Shown: piece after piece, positions 1 to 11,180 of the stretch
Layout: each line of letters opens with the position of its first letter
How positions within the stretch are numbered: the stretch's first letter is position 1
Assembly (NCBI GenBank): GCA_031267755.1
Contig: JAIRYP010000011.1
Location: 128,761-192,760 of the forward strand
Source of the DNA: Clostridiales bacterium
GTDB taxonomy: Bacteria > Bacillota > Clostridia > Monoglobales > JAIRYP01
Direction: 5' to 3'
DNA: 64,000 nt
Made by a program: the position numbers and the translations under genes
The notes under the pieces: model-generated
What the model saw: the letters and a program-made list of their open reading frames with translations, nothing else
Databases searched by the model: none
Told to the model about the DNA's origin: nothing

Positions 1-632
1 TATAAATATGAATTCGCACAAATTTTAATTTCTATTAGATAAGGTTCAAAACAATTTGTTTCTGACTTAAAAAGTCCATTTTTTATCTCTTTGCTTCTTT
101 CAAAAACAACGAAACAATCATAAATTGTTCTTTCGGTTGTCAGCTGTTGCCCATGACTTGACATAAATGAAACAAAATCATGAGTGCCAATAAAAAAACT
201 TGCAGCAGTTTTCATATTTAAAATATTCATTTTTTTAGGAATTTTTAAACTATATTTTCTTAAAAATGGGTTGCACATAAAACTATTCCAAATTCTATAT
301 GAATACGTTTTTTTCGTAACACAAAACCTCGAATTAAACTTTAAATCAACCTCAAAAGATTCAATTACTGAAATATCCTCCGGCAAAACCACATTCAAAA
401 CCTTTGAAAATTTATTTGATGGAATTCTTGAATCAGTCAAAAAATTACAAACATAATCAAATCCATGAACACCAGCATCCGTTCGACTACATCCCACAAC
501 TTCCGAAAACTTGTGTGTTACTTCTTTTACTGCATTTTCTATTCTTCCTTGAACCGTTATTGCATTTTTTTGCCTTTGCCACCCATGATAATTGGTTCCA
601 TCATATTGAATTCTAAGCAAAACATTCTTCAT
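1..632 (-). CDS. truA: tRNA pseudouridine(38-40) synthase TruA (3' end runs off the window edge)
   Basis: Absent from the ORF track because it is cut by the window edge. I checked the reverse frame triplet by triplet from the ATG at 630-632 down to position 237 and found no stop; the stretch below that was read as continuous translation. Translation MKNVLLRIQYDGTNYHGWQRQKNAITVQGRIENAV...GCSRTDAGVHG contains the TruA catalytic RTDAGVH motif. Confidence 0.85.
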   Translation of the reverse strand, partial: MKNVLLRIQYDGTNYHGWQRQKNAITVQGRIENAVKEVTHKFSEVVGCSRTDAGVHGFDYVCNFLTDSRIPSNKFSKVLNVVLPEDISVIESFEVDLKFNSRFCVTKKTYSYRIWNSFMCNPFLRKYSLKIPKKMNILNMKTAASFFIGTHDFVSFMSSHGQQLTTERTIYDCFVVFERSKEIKNGLFKSETNCFEPYLIEIKICANSYL

Positions 633-691
633 ATGTAACTCGCAAAATTTTTAAAATAAATACCTTCGTTCATAAACATTACGTTTAAAAC

Positions 692-1453
692 TTAATTGTC
701 AAATTTTCTTTGTTTTAACGCTTCAAACATCAATATTCCTGCCGCAACTGAAGCATTTAAAGATTTTACATTCCCAAGCATCGGAATTCTTATTAAAAAA
801 TCACATTTTTCTTTGACGGTTCTAGTTATCCCTCTACCTTCGCTTCCAATTACTATTCCTATATCACCTCTAAAATCCGATTCAAAATATAACTTTTCAC
901 CTTCCAAATCAGCACCAAACACCCAAAATCCTAAACTTTTAAGTTTTATAATTGTTTGCGAAATGTTTGAAACTCGACAAATTTTAATATATTCAACAGC
1001 CCCCGATGAAGTCTTAGCAACTACTCCTCCAAGAGATACGCTTTTATTTTTAGAAATAACAATTCCATGACAACCAGCAGAACAAGCAGTCCTAATTATG
1101 CCGCCAAAATTCCCCACATCAGTTATTCCATCCAAAATCAACACAAATGCAGGTTCAACATTTTTTTTAGCATCATTTAATATCTCGTCTAAAGAAAAAT
1201 AATTATATAAAGCAACAAAAGCTAAAATGCCTTGATGATTAGAATTTTTTAAAACTCCATCAATTTTCTCCTTTGATACATATTGCAATACTACTTTTTT
1301 TTTAATTAAAATTTTTTTAATATTTTCTGGAAAGATAAAATTTAAACGATTTTGCACAAAAATTTTATTTATTTGTCTACCTGAAATCAAAGCCTCAAAA
1401 ACAGAATTTTTTCCAAATATTACGTTTTTCATGAATTCATACCTGTCAATCAT
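692..1453 (-). CDS. rlmB: TrmH/SpoU-family 23S rRNA 2'-O-ribose methyltransferase (RlmB-like)
   Basis: 253 aa with SpoU class IV methyltransferase motifs: DVGNFGGIIRTA, IVIGSEGRGI and IPMLGNVKSLNASVAAGILMFE. The real start may be an internal Met (MKNVIFGKN). Confidence 0.8.
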   Translation of the reverse strand: MIDRYEFMKNVIFGKNSVFEALISGRQINKIFVQNRLNFIFPENIKKILIKKKVVLQYVSKEKIDGVLKNSNHQGILAFVALYNYFSLDEILNDAKKNVEPAFVLILDGITDVGNFGGIIRTACSAGCHGIVISKNKSVSLGGVVAKTSSGAVEYIKICRVSNISQTIIKLKSLGFWVFGADLEGEKLYFESDFRGDIGIVIGSEGRGITRTVKEKCDFLIRIPMLGNVKSLNASVAAGILMFEALKQRKFDN

Positions 1454-1515
1454 AACTTAATAAATTAAATTTTTCCAAACTAAAAACTAATCCTAAACTT
1501 GTAAAAATAAAAAAT

Positions 1516-2739
1516 TCATTGATGATCTTCATCATCCAAATAACCTTTCAATTTTTTACTTCTACTAGGATGTCTCAATTTTCTAAGAGCTTTTGCTTCA
1601 ATTTGCCTTATTCTTTCGCGAGTCACATTAAAAATTCTTCCAACTTCTTCAAGCGTTCTCGGCCTACCATCATCAATGCCAAATCTAAACCTCAAGACCT
1701 TTTCCTCTCTTGCAGTAAGAGAACCAAATGTTTCGATTAATTGTTGCTTAAGAATAGAAAGAGAAGCAACATCTGCGGGAATCATTGCAGCATGATCTGG
1801 TATAAAATCTTCAAGATGGCTATCATTTTCTTCTCCAATTGGCGACTCAAGCGAAATCGGTTCCTGAGAGATTTTCATTATTTCTGCAACCCTTTCAGCT
1901 GTAAGGCCCATTTCTTTAGCAATTTCTTCCACAGTAGGACTTCTACCAAGCAATTGAACAAGATTTCTCTGTGTTCGTATAAGCCTATTTATCGTTTCAA
2001 CCATATGAACCGGAATTCTTATCGTTCTCGCCTGATCAGCAATTGCGCGAGTTATAGACTGCCTTATCCACCACGTAGCATAAGTGCTAAATTTATATCC
2101 TTTTCTATAATCAAATTTTTCAACTGCTTTAATAAGACCTAAATTCCCCTCTTGAACTAAATCCAAAAAAGATAATCCACGATTCGTATATTTCTTCGCT
2201 ATACTAACAACCAATCGAAGATTTGCTTCAATAATCCTTCTCGTGCTTTCAAATCTACCTTCTTCTATTTTTTTTGCATTTTCAATCTCCTCTTCGTGAC
2301 TCATAAGAGGAATTGTTCCAATCTCTTTTAAGTACATTTTAATAGGATCATCGAAAACATATTTTGAATCTTTGCCAACTTCCTCTTCGGCCCGTTTTAC
2401 TTTTTTTATACCTTTTTCTTTTTTCAAACTTTCTTCTATTATCTCAAGCTCTTCGCGCATATCCTTAACAATTTCAATACCTTCTTTTTCAATTATTTCG
2501 TATATTTTTTCTATTTGCTCAACAGAAATATCAAAACTTTCAAACGCCGAGTTTATTTGTTCATAAGTTAAAATTCCTTTTACTTTTCCAACTTCAATAA
2601 GTTCTATAATCGTTCTTTTTTTCTTTTCAATTAATCCAGCATCATTCTCTGGAAAATTATTTTTTTTCGTTTCAATTTCCTTAACCTCCTTTGTTTTTTG
2701 CATACCGATATTATTTGGCCCTTTTTTCTTAGTTTGCAT
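1516..2739 (-). CDS. rpoD: primary RNA polymerase sigma factor (sigma-70 / SigA)
   Basis: 407 aa. Region 2 is [27 protein letters not shown] and region 4.2 is [29 protein letters not shown]. It lies directly downstream of dnaG in the classic dnaG-rpoD operon. Confidence 0.95.
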   Translation of the reverse strand: MQTKKKGPNNIGMQKTKEVKEIETKKNNFPENDAGLIEKKKRTIIELIEVGKVKGILTYEQINSAFESFDISVEQIEKIYEIIEKEGIEIVKDMREELEIIEESLKKEKGIKKVKRAEEEVGKDSKYVFDDPIKMYLKEIGTIPLMSHEEEIENAKKIEEGRFESTRRIIEANLRLVVSIAKKYTNRGLSFLDLVQEGNLGLIKAVEKFDYRKGYKFSTYATWWIRQSITRAIADQARTIRIPVHMVETINRLIRTQRNLVQLLGRSPTVEEIAKEMGLTAERVAEIMKISQEPISLESPIGEENDSHLEDFIPDHAAMIPADVASLSILKQQLIETFGSLTAREEKVLRFRFGIDDGRPRTLEEVGRIFNVTRERIRQIEAKALRKLRHPSRSKKLKGYLDDEDHQ

Positions 2740-4518
2740 CTACGTGCCTGCCTCCTCTTGCAAATCTACTTCTTTAAGTTTTTTTACTATTTCATTTAAA
2801 TCTTCAATATTGCCCCTTGTGGCAAGCTCATTCATTCTACTTTTTAAAATATTCATTTTTATTATCTTAATCGGTTGCATGATCTTATTATTTTGCTTTT
2901 TTTCGTCAAAATCTTGTGAAACAAATAATAAATTTTTAGTCTTATAAAGCATTTCAACAATTTTTGGTATTTCCTCTTGATTAAAAATACTAAAAAACTT
3001 CGCGCTATTTACATCTTCTTCTGCTTTATAAAAATCATATATAGTATGTGCAATTTTTTTATGAAACTCAGCACAAAAATCATCTGGATTTATTTTTTTA
3101 GATATTACTTCAAAATTTTTTTTATTAAACATTAACGAAATCAAAAGCTTTTCAGCACTGATTAATTGGCTATCTTTTTCTATTTTTTGTTTTCCCTCTT
3201 TTTTCAAATTTTTATTTTTATATTTTAAATTGTTCAATATCTTTTGTTTTTCAAACTCCTTAAATAAAATTTTCTTTGATATACCAAGCTCTTTTGAAAA
3301 ATTTTCAATATAAACTTCTCTTTTTAACAAATCATCTATTTTGAAAACAAAATCAACAAACTTATGAAGTGTTTTAATTTTTTCATTCACAGTTTGAACA
3401 AAGTATAATTTTTTAAAATCATTCACTTTGTATTCAAAATAATCTAATGAATTTTTAATTTTCAGATCAAAATTATCAATTCCGTAAATTTTAATATATT
3501 CATCAACATCTTTTGCATTATCAATCTGAATTACCTTAATTTTTATATTCGAATTCAAAAGTACTTCCGCAGCCCTATTTGAAGCCTTCATTCCAGCCTC
3601 ATCAGAATCATAGCAAAGAAAAACAGAATCTACATAATTTTTAATTAATTTTAAATGTTCTTTAGTAAAAGCAATTCCAAGACACGCAACAGAATTTACA
3701 ACTTTATTTTGATGAAGAGTAATTACATCTGTATAGCCCTCAACTATAATTAAACTTTTACAAGAATTTTCTTTGGCAAAATTTAAACCGAAAAGATTTT
3801 GACCCTTTTTAAAAACCAAAGTTTCAGAAGTATTTAAATATTTTGGCAAAATTGTTTCGTTTAAACTTCTTCCGCCAAAACCTACTATATTTTTTTTTAT
3901 ATCTATTATTGGAAATATTATTCTGCCAAAAAATACATCCCATACACTCCCATTTGTTTTTTTTACAGCAAGACCCGCTGAAATAATTTGACACAAATCA
4001 TATCCAATTTTTGTTAAATAATTAACTAATCCATTTCTATCATTTGTGGAATATCCAACTTGAAATTTCTCAATTGAATAATCATTTATTTTTCTCTTTT
4101 TGAGATATTCCATTCCTTCCAAGCCAAAATCACTATTTAAAATCTTAAAATAATAATCTGCAGCCAAATTATTTAAATTATAAATTTCCTGTTTTTTCTC
4201 ATAAACAGCTGACTCTCGATCGTTATATTCTAAAAAATCAATTCCAGCTATATTCGAAAGAAACATAATACTATCAACAAAATTCAAATTTTCTCTTTCC
4301 ATAATAAAATGAATAAGAGTACCGGACTTGGAACATCCAAAACAATAAAACACCTGCTTTTCACGTGAAACCATAAATGATGGAGTTTTTTCATTATGTA
4401 GTGGGCAAAGCCCCACAAAACCACTTCTATTTTCTTTTAACGAGGTGTAACGAGATACAACATCAACTATGTCATTCTTTTCAATAACTTTTTGAATGTA
4501 TTCTGGAGAAAAATACAA
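2740..4518 (-). CDS. dnaG: DNA primase
   Basis: 592 aa with a zinc ribbon (CPLHNEKTPSFMVSREKQVFYCFGCSKSG) and a TOPRIM segment (IIVEGYTDVITL ... CYDSDEAG). Its stop codon abuts the rpoD start at 2739/2740. Confidence 0.95.
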   Translation of the reverse strand: MYFSPEYIQKVIEKNDIVDVVSRYTSLKENRSGFVGLCPLHNEKTPSFMVSREKQVFYCFGCSKSGTLIHFIMERENLNFVDSIMFLSNIAGIDFLEYNDRESAVYEKKQEIYNLNNLAADYYFKILNSDFGLEGMEYLKKRKINDYSIEKFQVGYSTNDRNGLVNYLTKIGYDLCQIISAGLAVKKTNGSVWDVFFGRIIFPIIDIKKNIVGFGGRSLNETILPKYLNTSETLVFKKGQNLFGLNFAKENSCKSLIIVEGYTDVITLHQNKVVNSVACLGIAFTKEHLKLIKNYVDSVFLCYDSDEAGMKASNRAAEVLLNSNIKIKVIQIDNAKDVDEYIKIYGIDNFDLKIKNSLDYFEYKVNDFKKLYFVQTVNEKIKTLHKFVDFVFKIDDLLKREVYIENFSKELGISKKILFKEFEKQKILNNLKYKNKNLKKEGKQKIEKDSQLISAEKLLISLMFNKKNFEVISKKINPDDFCAEFHKKIAHTIYDFYKAEEDVNSAKFFSIFNQEEIPKIVEMLYKTKNLLFVSQDFDEKKQNNKIMQPIKIIKMNILKSRMNELATRGNIEDLNEIVKKLKEVDLQEEAGT

Positions 4519-4902
4519 GTCCTCTTCTATCTCCTCAATTAAGATTTATACTTTTAACACCCTTCTCGCAGTAAACATAATATCAATTTCACTAAACAAT
4601 TTTTAATTATACCTAATTCACTCATACTAATAAAGCTTGTCCACACTTTTAAAAAACACTTTACGTTATCAAATAGCATTTCCACGCCATATTAAAATAA
4701 TTATCTCACTTTTAACACAATTTTCAATTTTATTTCAAAAAACTTTTCCAAACGATAAATTTTTTTGTAACCTAAAAAAAATTAAATTTTATTCCTTTAA
4801 ATTACCCAACCAAATTATATTTTTCATCAATGGTATACGAATTTTTTCGGAAAAAAATTAATATCCTATATCACATTTTAGTTCACTTCGAAAGGATAAC
4901 CT

Positions 4903-5922
4903 ATGAAAAATGAACTTAATTTTCTACATGTCGTGCGGCTCACTCTTATTTTATTCTTTTTTATCCCATTAATTATGCACCATTTTTTTAGTTCTTCAAA
5001 AATCAATTCAAAACTTAAAAACAACAAAACTAAACAAATAACAAAAGAAATAATTTCTCCTGATAGAATAAAAGTTTACAATGTTAAAAATGACACAATC
5101 TTTGAAATTAATTTTGAAGACTATATAATTGGAGTTTTAAGCGGAGAAATGCCTGCATCATACGAACTCGAAGCGCTTAAGGCACAAGCGGTTGCGATTA
5201 GAAGTTATGTCTTAGATAAAATAATAAATTTTAATAAACAAAATTATTTATGCAAACACAACGGAGCCCATATTTGCACTGATCCCGGGCATTGCGAAGC
5301 CTATCTTTCACAAGAAGATGCTAACAACAAATGGGGTAAAGATTGGACAAAAAAATATTTTGATAAAATAATGCAAGCAGTGTTAGAAACTAAATCGGAA
5401 TATATGATATGTGAAGGAGAAGTAGTTAAAGCATTCTTTTTTGCACTAAGTGGCGGAGGAACCGAATTTGCATCAGATATCTGGGGAGGGAAAAATTATC
5501 CCTATTTAAAACCTGTTCAAAGTAAATTTGATAAAAACTCTCCAAATTTTCTTTCAGAAAAAAAACTTTCTGTAAATGATTTTAAAAAAAAATTAAAACT
5601 TTTAAGACCAGAAATTAAAGAACTTTGTGACTCAAAAATATCTTTAAACAACATCAAAAAAACAACTTACGGAAGCGTGCGTGAAATTACATTTAATAAC
5701 GAAAACTTTAAAGGAGAAGAAATTAGAAATACATTTAATCTTAGAAGCACAAATTTTGAAATTACAATAAATGATGATTGTATAACATTTTTAGTAAAAG
5801 GACATGGTCACGGAGTTGGAATGAGCCAATATGGAGCGAATTATTTGGCAAAAAACGGGAAAAATTATAAAGAAATATTAAGGTACTATTATAATGGAAT
5901 AAGTTTTTCACATTTAAACTAA
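4903..5922 (+). CDS. spoIID: stage II sporulation protein D (SpoIID/LytB-domain lytic transglycosylase)
   Basis: 339 aa with an N-terminal membrane anchor and SpoIID motifs LEALKAQAVAIRSY and GHGHGVGMSQYGANYLA. Confidence 0.85.
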   Translation: MKNELNFLHVVRLTLILFFFIPLIMHHFFSSSKINSKLKNNKTKQITKEIISPDRIKVYNVKNDTIFEINFEDYIIGVLSGEMPASYELEALKAQAVAIRSYVLDKIINFNKQNYLCKHNGAHICTDPGHCEAYLSQEDANNKWGKDWTKKYFDKIMQAVLETKSEYMICEGEVVKAFFFALSGGGTEFASDIWGGKNYPYLKPVQSKFDKNSPNFLSEKKLSVNDFKKKLKLLRPEIKELCDSKISLNNIKKTTYGSVREITFNNENFKGEEIRNTFNLRSTNFEITINDDCITFLVKGHGHGVGMSQYGANYLAKNGKNYKEILRYYYNGISFSHLN

Positions 5923-6040
5923 TTAAATTTAAAAAAGAAATAATCATTCCATATAGAAAATAAATAGTGTAATTTAGCTTGCTCAAAAAATTAATTCTCA
6001 AAAAAGCAAGTTAATTTAAATATAATGCGAGGTAATAAAA

Positions 6041-6817
6041 TTGAATAAATCAGATTTAAGCCAAAATACAAAAAGAGAAATCGAATCGTTTGCAAAATAT
6101 AAATTTAATAAATTAAATGGACCGCAAGACAATAAAAAAGATTTCAAAAACCCTATTGTTGAAAAAATTAGAAACGCAATAAAAAAAAACAATATTGAAA
6201 ACATAAAAAAATCAAAAAACAAAAAATCTCCTGAAGGAATTGCAGAAATTGTTGAAGACGAAGTAATCAAATTGATGAAGGAAGGAAAAAATGAATCCGA
6301 AGCTTTAAAATATGTCATGGATAATTTTGACAAAATTTCAAACGAAAACGATGACTCAAACAATGACACTAAAAACATTACAAACTCAATTAGTCCTTCA
6401 CCATATACTAGTTCATTTGATAAAGATTTTGATTATAAAAAAGCCCTCGAAAAACTTAATAAAATTGATCCATTACTACACGAACTTTCTCCTTTTGCTG
6501 ATCCATCAAAACTTTCAAAAACAAATTACTCATCCTACTTTGATTCGCTTTTAAATACGCCATCATCTATTCTTTCTTCAAACAAAAAAAACATTGATTC
6601 AACTTCATTTAAAAAAGAATGGTATGACAAAAATGGCGAATCAGTCGGATTGTTTTATGCAGCCTTTATTATGCTTGGGCTCACATTTGGTTCACTTCTT
6701 GGATATCTTACAAATTATACTCCTTTGAATGCTGCTATCGGCATATTAATTGGCTTTAGCGTTGGAATCGGACTTGGTTTGCTAACAAACGCCTTACTTA
6801 TAACATTTAAGAAATAA
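6041..6817 (+). CDS. hypothetical membrane protein (Lys/Asn-rich N-terminal region, two C-terminal TM helices)
   Basis: 258-aa ORF with a TTG start. The C-terminus VGLFYAAFIMLGLTFGSLLGYL ... AAIGILIGFSVGIGLGLLTNALLI is strongly hydrophobic. I recognise no family. It is the only sizeable ORF in this gap; the overlapping antisense ORF at 6016-6378 is low complexity. Confidence 0.5.
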   Translation: MNKSDLSQNTKREIESFAKYKFNKLNGPQDNKKDFKNPIVEKIRNAIKKNNIENIKKSKNKKSPEGIAEIVEDEVIKLMKEGKNESEALKYVMDNFDKISNENDDSNNDTKNITNSISPSPYTSSFDKDFDYKKALEKLNKIDPLLHELSPFADPSKLSKTNYSSYFDSLLNTPSSILSSNKKNIDSTSFKKEWYDKNGESVGLFYAAFIMLGLTFGSLLGYLTNYTPLNAAIGILIGFSVGIGLGLLTNALLITFKK

Positions 6818-6862
6818 TTATCAAATATGAAAAAATCAAAATTCATTAATTTTTTTAGAATT

Positions 6863-7345
6863 TTACTGTGCAATTTTGTTTTTATCGTCCATTTCATGTA
6901 TAAAACCATTAAAGTCTATTGAACTTATGTCGGCACAAGTGATTTTTTTATTATAAATAAAAACATTCGCTCTGACATCTTGATCCGTCTCCTTGTGATT
7001 CAATACTTTGTATGAATATCTAATCAACTTGCACCCCTTATAATTTGATAAATCGAATCCTATTTTTTTCTGAATTTTATTATAAGAATCGTATATCACA
7101 TCAAAATTATTTGGAACTTTTATGTATTTGATATCAACAGGTTTTTTCTCAACTAGCCATCCAAAATTCTGAATATAAGAAACGTTCATGTCATTAGTCT
7201 TGTTGTCTATTCTATAAAAAAACAACACTACCAGTGCAATTGAAACGAAAAAAAACAAACTTACAATATATTTTTTTTTGACTTTAAACCACTGCATTAA
7301 TTTTTTCATCAAAGACACCACAACTTTTTTGAAAAATATATGCAA
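6863..7345 (-). CDS. membrane-anchored hypothetical protein (DUF4830-like by remembered pattern)
   Basis: 160 aa with an N-terminal TM (YIVSLFFFVSIALVVLFFY). The segment GWLVEKKPVDIKYIKVPNNFDVIYDSYNKIQKKIGFDLSNYKGCKLIRYSYKVLN resembles the clostridial DUF4830 pattern. That assignment comes from memory, not from a search. Confidence 0.5.
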   Translation of the reverse strand: MHIFFKKVVVSLMKKLMQWFKVKKKYIVSLFFFVSIALVVLFFYRIDNKTNDMNVSYIQNFGWLVEKKPVDIKYIKVPNNFDVIYDSYNKIQKKIGFDLSNYKGCKLIRYSYKVLNHKETDQDVRANVFIYNKKITCADISSIDFNGFIHEMDDKNKIAQ

Positions 7346-7424
7346 GATAAAATCAAAATAGAAATAAAAATTAAATCATAATAACGCATCAATTTTAAAG
7401 CTTTAATGCAAAGTATTATAAATA

Positions 7425-8048
7425 TTATTTTTCAATGTACACCTCTTCTAAAAAAACTATTTTTGTTAAAAGTATTTTTGTGTTTAAAATTTTAACTTTA
7501 AACTCGTTAACTTGATTGACTGGTACAAAAAAAATTATTCTTACATTTTCTAAATATTCTATGGTAACATTCCTTGATTTAAATGCTTTTAAAATATTCT
7601 GAATTTTATTTAAGGTGCTATAATTACATTCTATTATAATTTTTAAACATAAGTTCATTTCCATAATGTAACTACTATCTATCACGCCTTTTGCAGCATC
7701 AAAATAAACACGTGCAAGTTTTTTCTTACCAAGAAGCGCCCCACCAAAATACCTTGTCACAATCACAACAACATCAAGCAAATTAAAATTTTTTAAAACA
7801 TTTAAAATTTGCACTCCAGCAGTTCCTGGAGGCTCTCCGTCATCACTATAACGCATAACATTTTCGTTTTTTAAAATATATCCGTATGAATTATGTTTAC
7901 TTCCATAATATTTTTTTTTAACACTTTCCAAAAACTTTCTTATTTCATTCACATTCTTAACCGGAAAAACTTCGGCAACAAAACGCGAACGCTTTTCAAC
8001 TATCTCAAAAAATGCGTAATCTTTTATAGTTAAATATATTTCACTCAA
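7425..8048 (-). CDS. yigZ: YigZ/IMPACT-family protein (UPF0029)
   Basis: 207 aa. KRSRFVAEVFPV and YSDDGEPPGTAGVQIL match the conserved YigZ N-terminal domain. Confidence 0.8.
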   Translation of the reverse strand: MSEIYLTIKDYAFFEIVEKRSRFVAEVFPVKNVNEIRKFLESVKKKYYGSKHNSYGYILKNENVMRYSDDGEPPGTAGVQILNVLKNFNLLDVVVIVTRYFGGALLGKKKLARVYFDAAKGVIDSSYIMEMNLCLKIIIECNYSTLNKIQNILKAFKSRNVTIEYLENVRIIFFVPVNQVNEFKVKILNTKILLTKIVFLEEVYIEK

Positions 8049-8158
8049 ATTTTATTCACTCTTTTTTATTTTTATTGTTATAATTCTAATTCGGATTATC
8101 AAAATTTAATTTTATCTTGCCATACACTTTTTATTCTTTCTAAAATTAAAGGTGAAAA

Positions 8159-8962
8159 ATGAAAAACACAGTTTTTTTCCCAAAGTTTGGGTTTGAAATT
8201 AAAATTAACAATATAGCCTTTGAAATAATGAAATTTAAAATTTATTGGTATGGAATTATTATATGTTTTGGAACTTTGCTTGCCATTTTTTATGGTTTTC
8301 ATGAATGTGAAAAGAAAAAAATTAAATCAGACGATGTATCAAACATGTTGTTAATAGGAATGCCAATTTCTATATTTTGTGCAAGATTTTACTATGTCTG
8401 CTTTAAATTTGAAGATTTCAAAGAAAGAAAATTTCTTGAAATTATTAATATTAGAGAAGGCGGGATTGCTATTTACGGTGCAATTATCGGCGCAATTATC
8501 ACAGGACTAATATATACAAAAATCAAAAAAATTCCGTTTTTGCCTCTTCTTGATATTTTCGGTATTTGCCTTTTAATTGGACAATCAATTGGAAGGTGGG
8601 GAAATTTTATAAATTGTGAAGCCTATGGCACACACACCAACTTGCCGTGGGCAATGAGTATCTCCGGTCAAATCAACGCAAACAATGTACATCCAACATT
8701 TCTTTATGAGTCACTTTGGAACGCACTTGGAATTTTAATATTAAACTTATACAAAAAAAACATCAAATTCAAAGGCGAACTTTTTTGTGCATATATGTTT
8801 TGGTATGGAATTGGCAGAACATTTATAGAAGAAATACGAGCCGATTCACTTATGTTTTTTTCCTTTAAAATATCACAAGTTTTGTCTATAATAATAACAT
8901 TAATTGGTTTATCTATAATACTTTTTAAAAGGTTTAAAAAAATTAATAATCAACTTAATTAA
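8159..8962 (+). CDS. lgt: phosphatidylglycerol-prolipoprotein diacylglyceryl transferase
   Basis: 267-aa polytopic membrane protein with Lgt signatures IYWYGIIICFG, GGIAIYGAIIG and GRWGNFINCEAYG. Confidence 0.9.
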   Translation: MKNTVFFPKFGFEIKINNIAFEIMKFKIYWYGIIICFGTLLAIFYGFHECEKKKIKSDDVSNMLLIGMPISIFCARFYYVCFKFEDFKERKFLEIINIREGGIAIYGAIIGAIITGLIYTKIKKIPFLPLLDIFGICLLIGQSIGRWGNFINCEAYGTHTNLPWAMSISGQINANNVHPTFLYESLWNALGILILNLYKKNIKFKGELFCAYMFWYGIGRTFIEEIRADSLMFFSFKISQVLSIIITLIGLSIILFKRFKKINNQLN

Positions 8963-9010
8963 GAATATATAAAATTTATTTTAATTAACTAACAAGTGAG
9001 GTGATGAAAT

Positions 9011-10294
9011 ATGATTAATGAATCACTCGAATTTTTAAAGAAAAATTTCGCAATAAAAGAAAAAATTTTAAAAATGTCATTGTCTATCGAAAATAAAATA
9101 TGCGATAAATTTTTAGACATCGATAAAATTTCCGATTATAACCAATTAAAAGTTTTAAATAGTTTTCTCGAGCATAAAGTTTCATATACCAATTTTACTG
9201 AAACAACCGGTTATGGTTATGACGATTACGGACGAGATACACTTGAAAAAATTTACGCAAAAATATTCGGATGTGAAGATGCACTAGTACGCCACAACAT
9301 AATATCTGGAACACATGCAATTTCACTTTGCATATTTGGTGTTTTACGTCCAAATGACAACTTACTGTGTGCAACCGGAAAACCTTATGACACATTGATT
9401 GAAGTTTTGGGCTTAAATAATTCTCGCGAATGTTCGCTTAAAAGTTGGGGAATAAACTGTTTTATTGCAGAACTGGACTCACAGAATAAAATTCAATATG
9501 AAAAAATTTCTAAAATTTTAAAAGAAACAAACCCTAAGGCAATTTTGATTCAAAAATCAAAAGGTTATAATTTCAGACCTTCATTTTCTAACGAAGAAAT
9601 CGAAAAAATAATAAAAATAACAAAAAAATGGAATGAAGAATGTATTTGTATAGTTGATAACTGTTATGGAGAATTTGTTGAACTAAAAGAACCTACAGAA
9701 TTTGGTGCAGATCTTATCGCGGGGTCTCTCATAAAAAATTTAGGAGGTGGATTTGTTGACTGCGGAGGGTATGTAGCAGGCAAAAAAAAATATGTAGAAA
9801 AAGCTTCATATAATTTGACAACTGTGGGAATTGGAAAACATGCAGGAGCTAGCCTTGGATTCAATAAAAACATGTATCGAGGATTGTTTAATGCGCCCCA
9901 TGCAGTCAATCAAAGTCTCAAAAGTGCACTATTTTGCTCAGAAATTTTTAGTGAATTAGGTTTTGAAATATGCCCTAAAACTTCAGATAAACGCACGGAT
10001 ATCGTACAAGCAATAAAGCTTGGAAGCGCAGAAAAAGTTATAAAATTTTGTCAAACAATTCAAAAAAACTCCCCAGTAGACAGTCATTTAACGCTGTTAC
10101 CTTCAAGGCTACCAGGATATGTTAATGATATAATCATGGCAAGTGGATCGTTTGTGCAAGGGTCTTCAATAGAAATGTCAGCTGATGCACCAATAATACA
10201 CCCTTACGTTGTATACTTTCAAGGTGGAACAATTTTTAGTTCAGCAAAAATTGCCATAATGAAAGCTGCAAGTGAAATTCTAGATATGTATTAA
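9011..10294 (+). CDS. PLP-dependent C-S lyase family protein (aluminium-resistance / YnbB-like)
   Basis: 427 aa. TGYGYDDYGRDTLEKIYAKIFGCEDALVRHNIISGTHAI and SLIKNLGGG are typical of the aluminium-resistance (Met_gamma_lyase-like) family. Confidence 0.75.
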   Translation: MINESLEFLKKNFAIKEKILKMSLSIENKICDKFLDIDKISDYNQLKVLNSFLEHKVSYTNFTETTGYGYDDYGRDTLEKIYAKIFGCEDALVRHNIISGTHAISLCIFGVLRPNDNLLCATGKPYDTLIEVLGLNNSRECSLKSWGINCFIAELDSQNKIQYEKISKILKETNPKAILIQKSKGYNFRPSFSNEEIEKIIKITKKWNEECICIVDNCYGEFVELKEPTEFGADLIAGSLIKNLGGGFVDCGGYVAGKKKYVEKASYNLTTVGIGKHAGASLGFNKNMYRGLFNAPHAVNQSLKSALFCSEIFSELGFEICPKTSDKRTDIVQAIKLGSAEKVIKFCQTIQKNSPVDSHLTLLPSRLPGYVNDIIMASGSFVQGSSIEMSADAPIIHPYVVYFQGGTIFSSAKIAIMKAASEILDMY

Positions 10295-10355
10295 AAATAA
10301 TAGACTTTTATATTTAATACATTTTATACGCAAACTTATTTTTAAAAATTTTTAA

Positions 10356-11180
10356 ATGGTGATTTATATGATAAATAATACAATAATCGGTCAGTATTAT
10401 CCAAGTGAATCCATTCTTCATAAAATAGACCCAAGAATTAAAATTGTATTCACGATGTTATTTTCAAGCCTAATATTCTTTGTTAAAAATCTCTCAAACT
10501 ATATATTGCTCGGCTTATTTATTTTCTCACTTATAAAAATATCTAAAATTCCAATAAAATTTATATTAAAGGGAATTAAATCTACAATTTTTTTCATCAC
10601 TCTTACTTCCATTTTGAACATATTTTTTACAAATGGAACAACGCTTATAAAATATAAATTTATTACGATAACTTATGAAGGGCTATATTACTGCGCTTTA
10701 ATTATAATTCGAATGTTTTTTCTTATGATAACAACATCGCTCCTTACGTTATGTACACTTCCAACTTCAATTACCGATGGAATTGAAGGCTTACTTTTAC
10801 CCCTAAAAAAATTTAAATTTCCAGTACATGAATTTGCGATGATGATTACCATTGCAATTAGATTCATTCCAACTATTTCTGAAGAAATTGAAAAAATAAT
10901 AAAAGCCCAATCTTCAAGAGGAGTTGATTTTGAAACTAAAAATTTAATTAAAAAACTTAAATATGCTATGTCGATTTTAGTGCCGTTACTTGCCAACTCT
11001 TTTAGGCGTGCCGATGAACTTGCCATTGCGATGGAGTGTAGATGTTATAGAGGAGACGAAAACAGAAGCAAATTTAAAAAACTAAAATTAAAACGCATAG
11101 ACTTATACGCATGCTTCACAATTATAGCTTTTATATGTTTCGTCCTAATTTTTAAAAATTACAAAATGGTGAAAATATAA
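10356..11180 (+). CDS. ecfT: energy-coupling factor (ECF) transporter transmembrane subunit EcfT
   Basis: 274-aa CbiQ-family multi-TM protein with the C-terminal coupling motif RADELAIAMECRCYRG. The second ATG at 10368 is better spaced from the GGTGA Shine-Dalgarno sequence, so the start is uncertain by 12 nt. No ecfA genes lie next to it in this window. Confidence 0.85.
   Translation: MVIYMINNTIIGQYYPSESILHKIDPRIKIVFTMLFSSLIFFVKNLSNYILLGLFIFSLIKISKIPIKFILKGIKSTIFFITLTSILNIFFTNGTTLIKYKFITITYEGLYYCALIIIRMFFLMITTSLLTLCTLPTSITDGIEGLLLPLKKFKFPVHEFAMMITIAIRFIPTISEEIEKIIKAQSSRGVDFETKNLIKKLKYAMSILVPLLANSFRRADELAIAMECRCYRGDENRSKFKKLKLKRIDLYACFTIIAFICFVLIFKNYKMVKI

Noticed and set aside
184-616. Two plus-strand ORFs (90 aa and 70 aa) from the ORF track
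   Set aside because: They are low-complexity and lie entirely antisense to a reverse-strand frame that encodes a clear TruA N-terminal domain.
4637-4861. 74-aa ORF in the dnaG/spoIID divergent intergenic region
   Set aside because: It has no RBS and an AT-driven low-complexity sequence, in a region expected to hold the promoters of both flanking genes.
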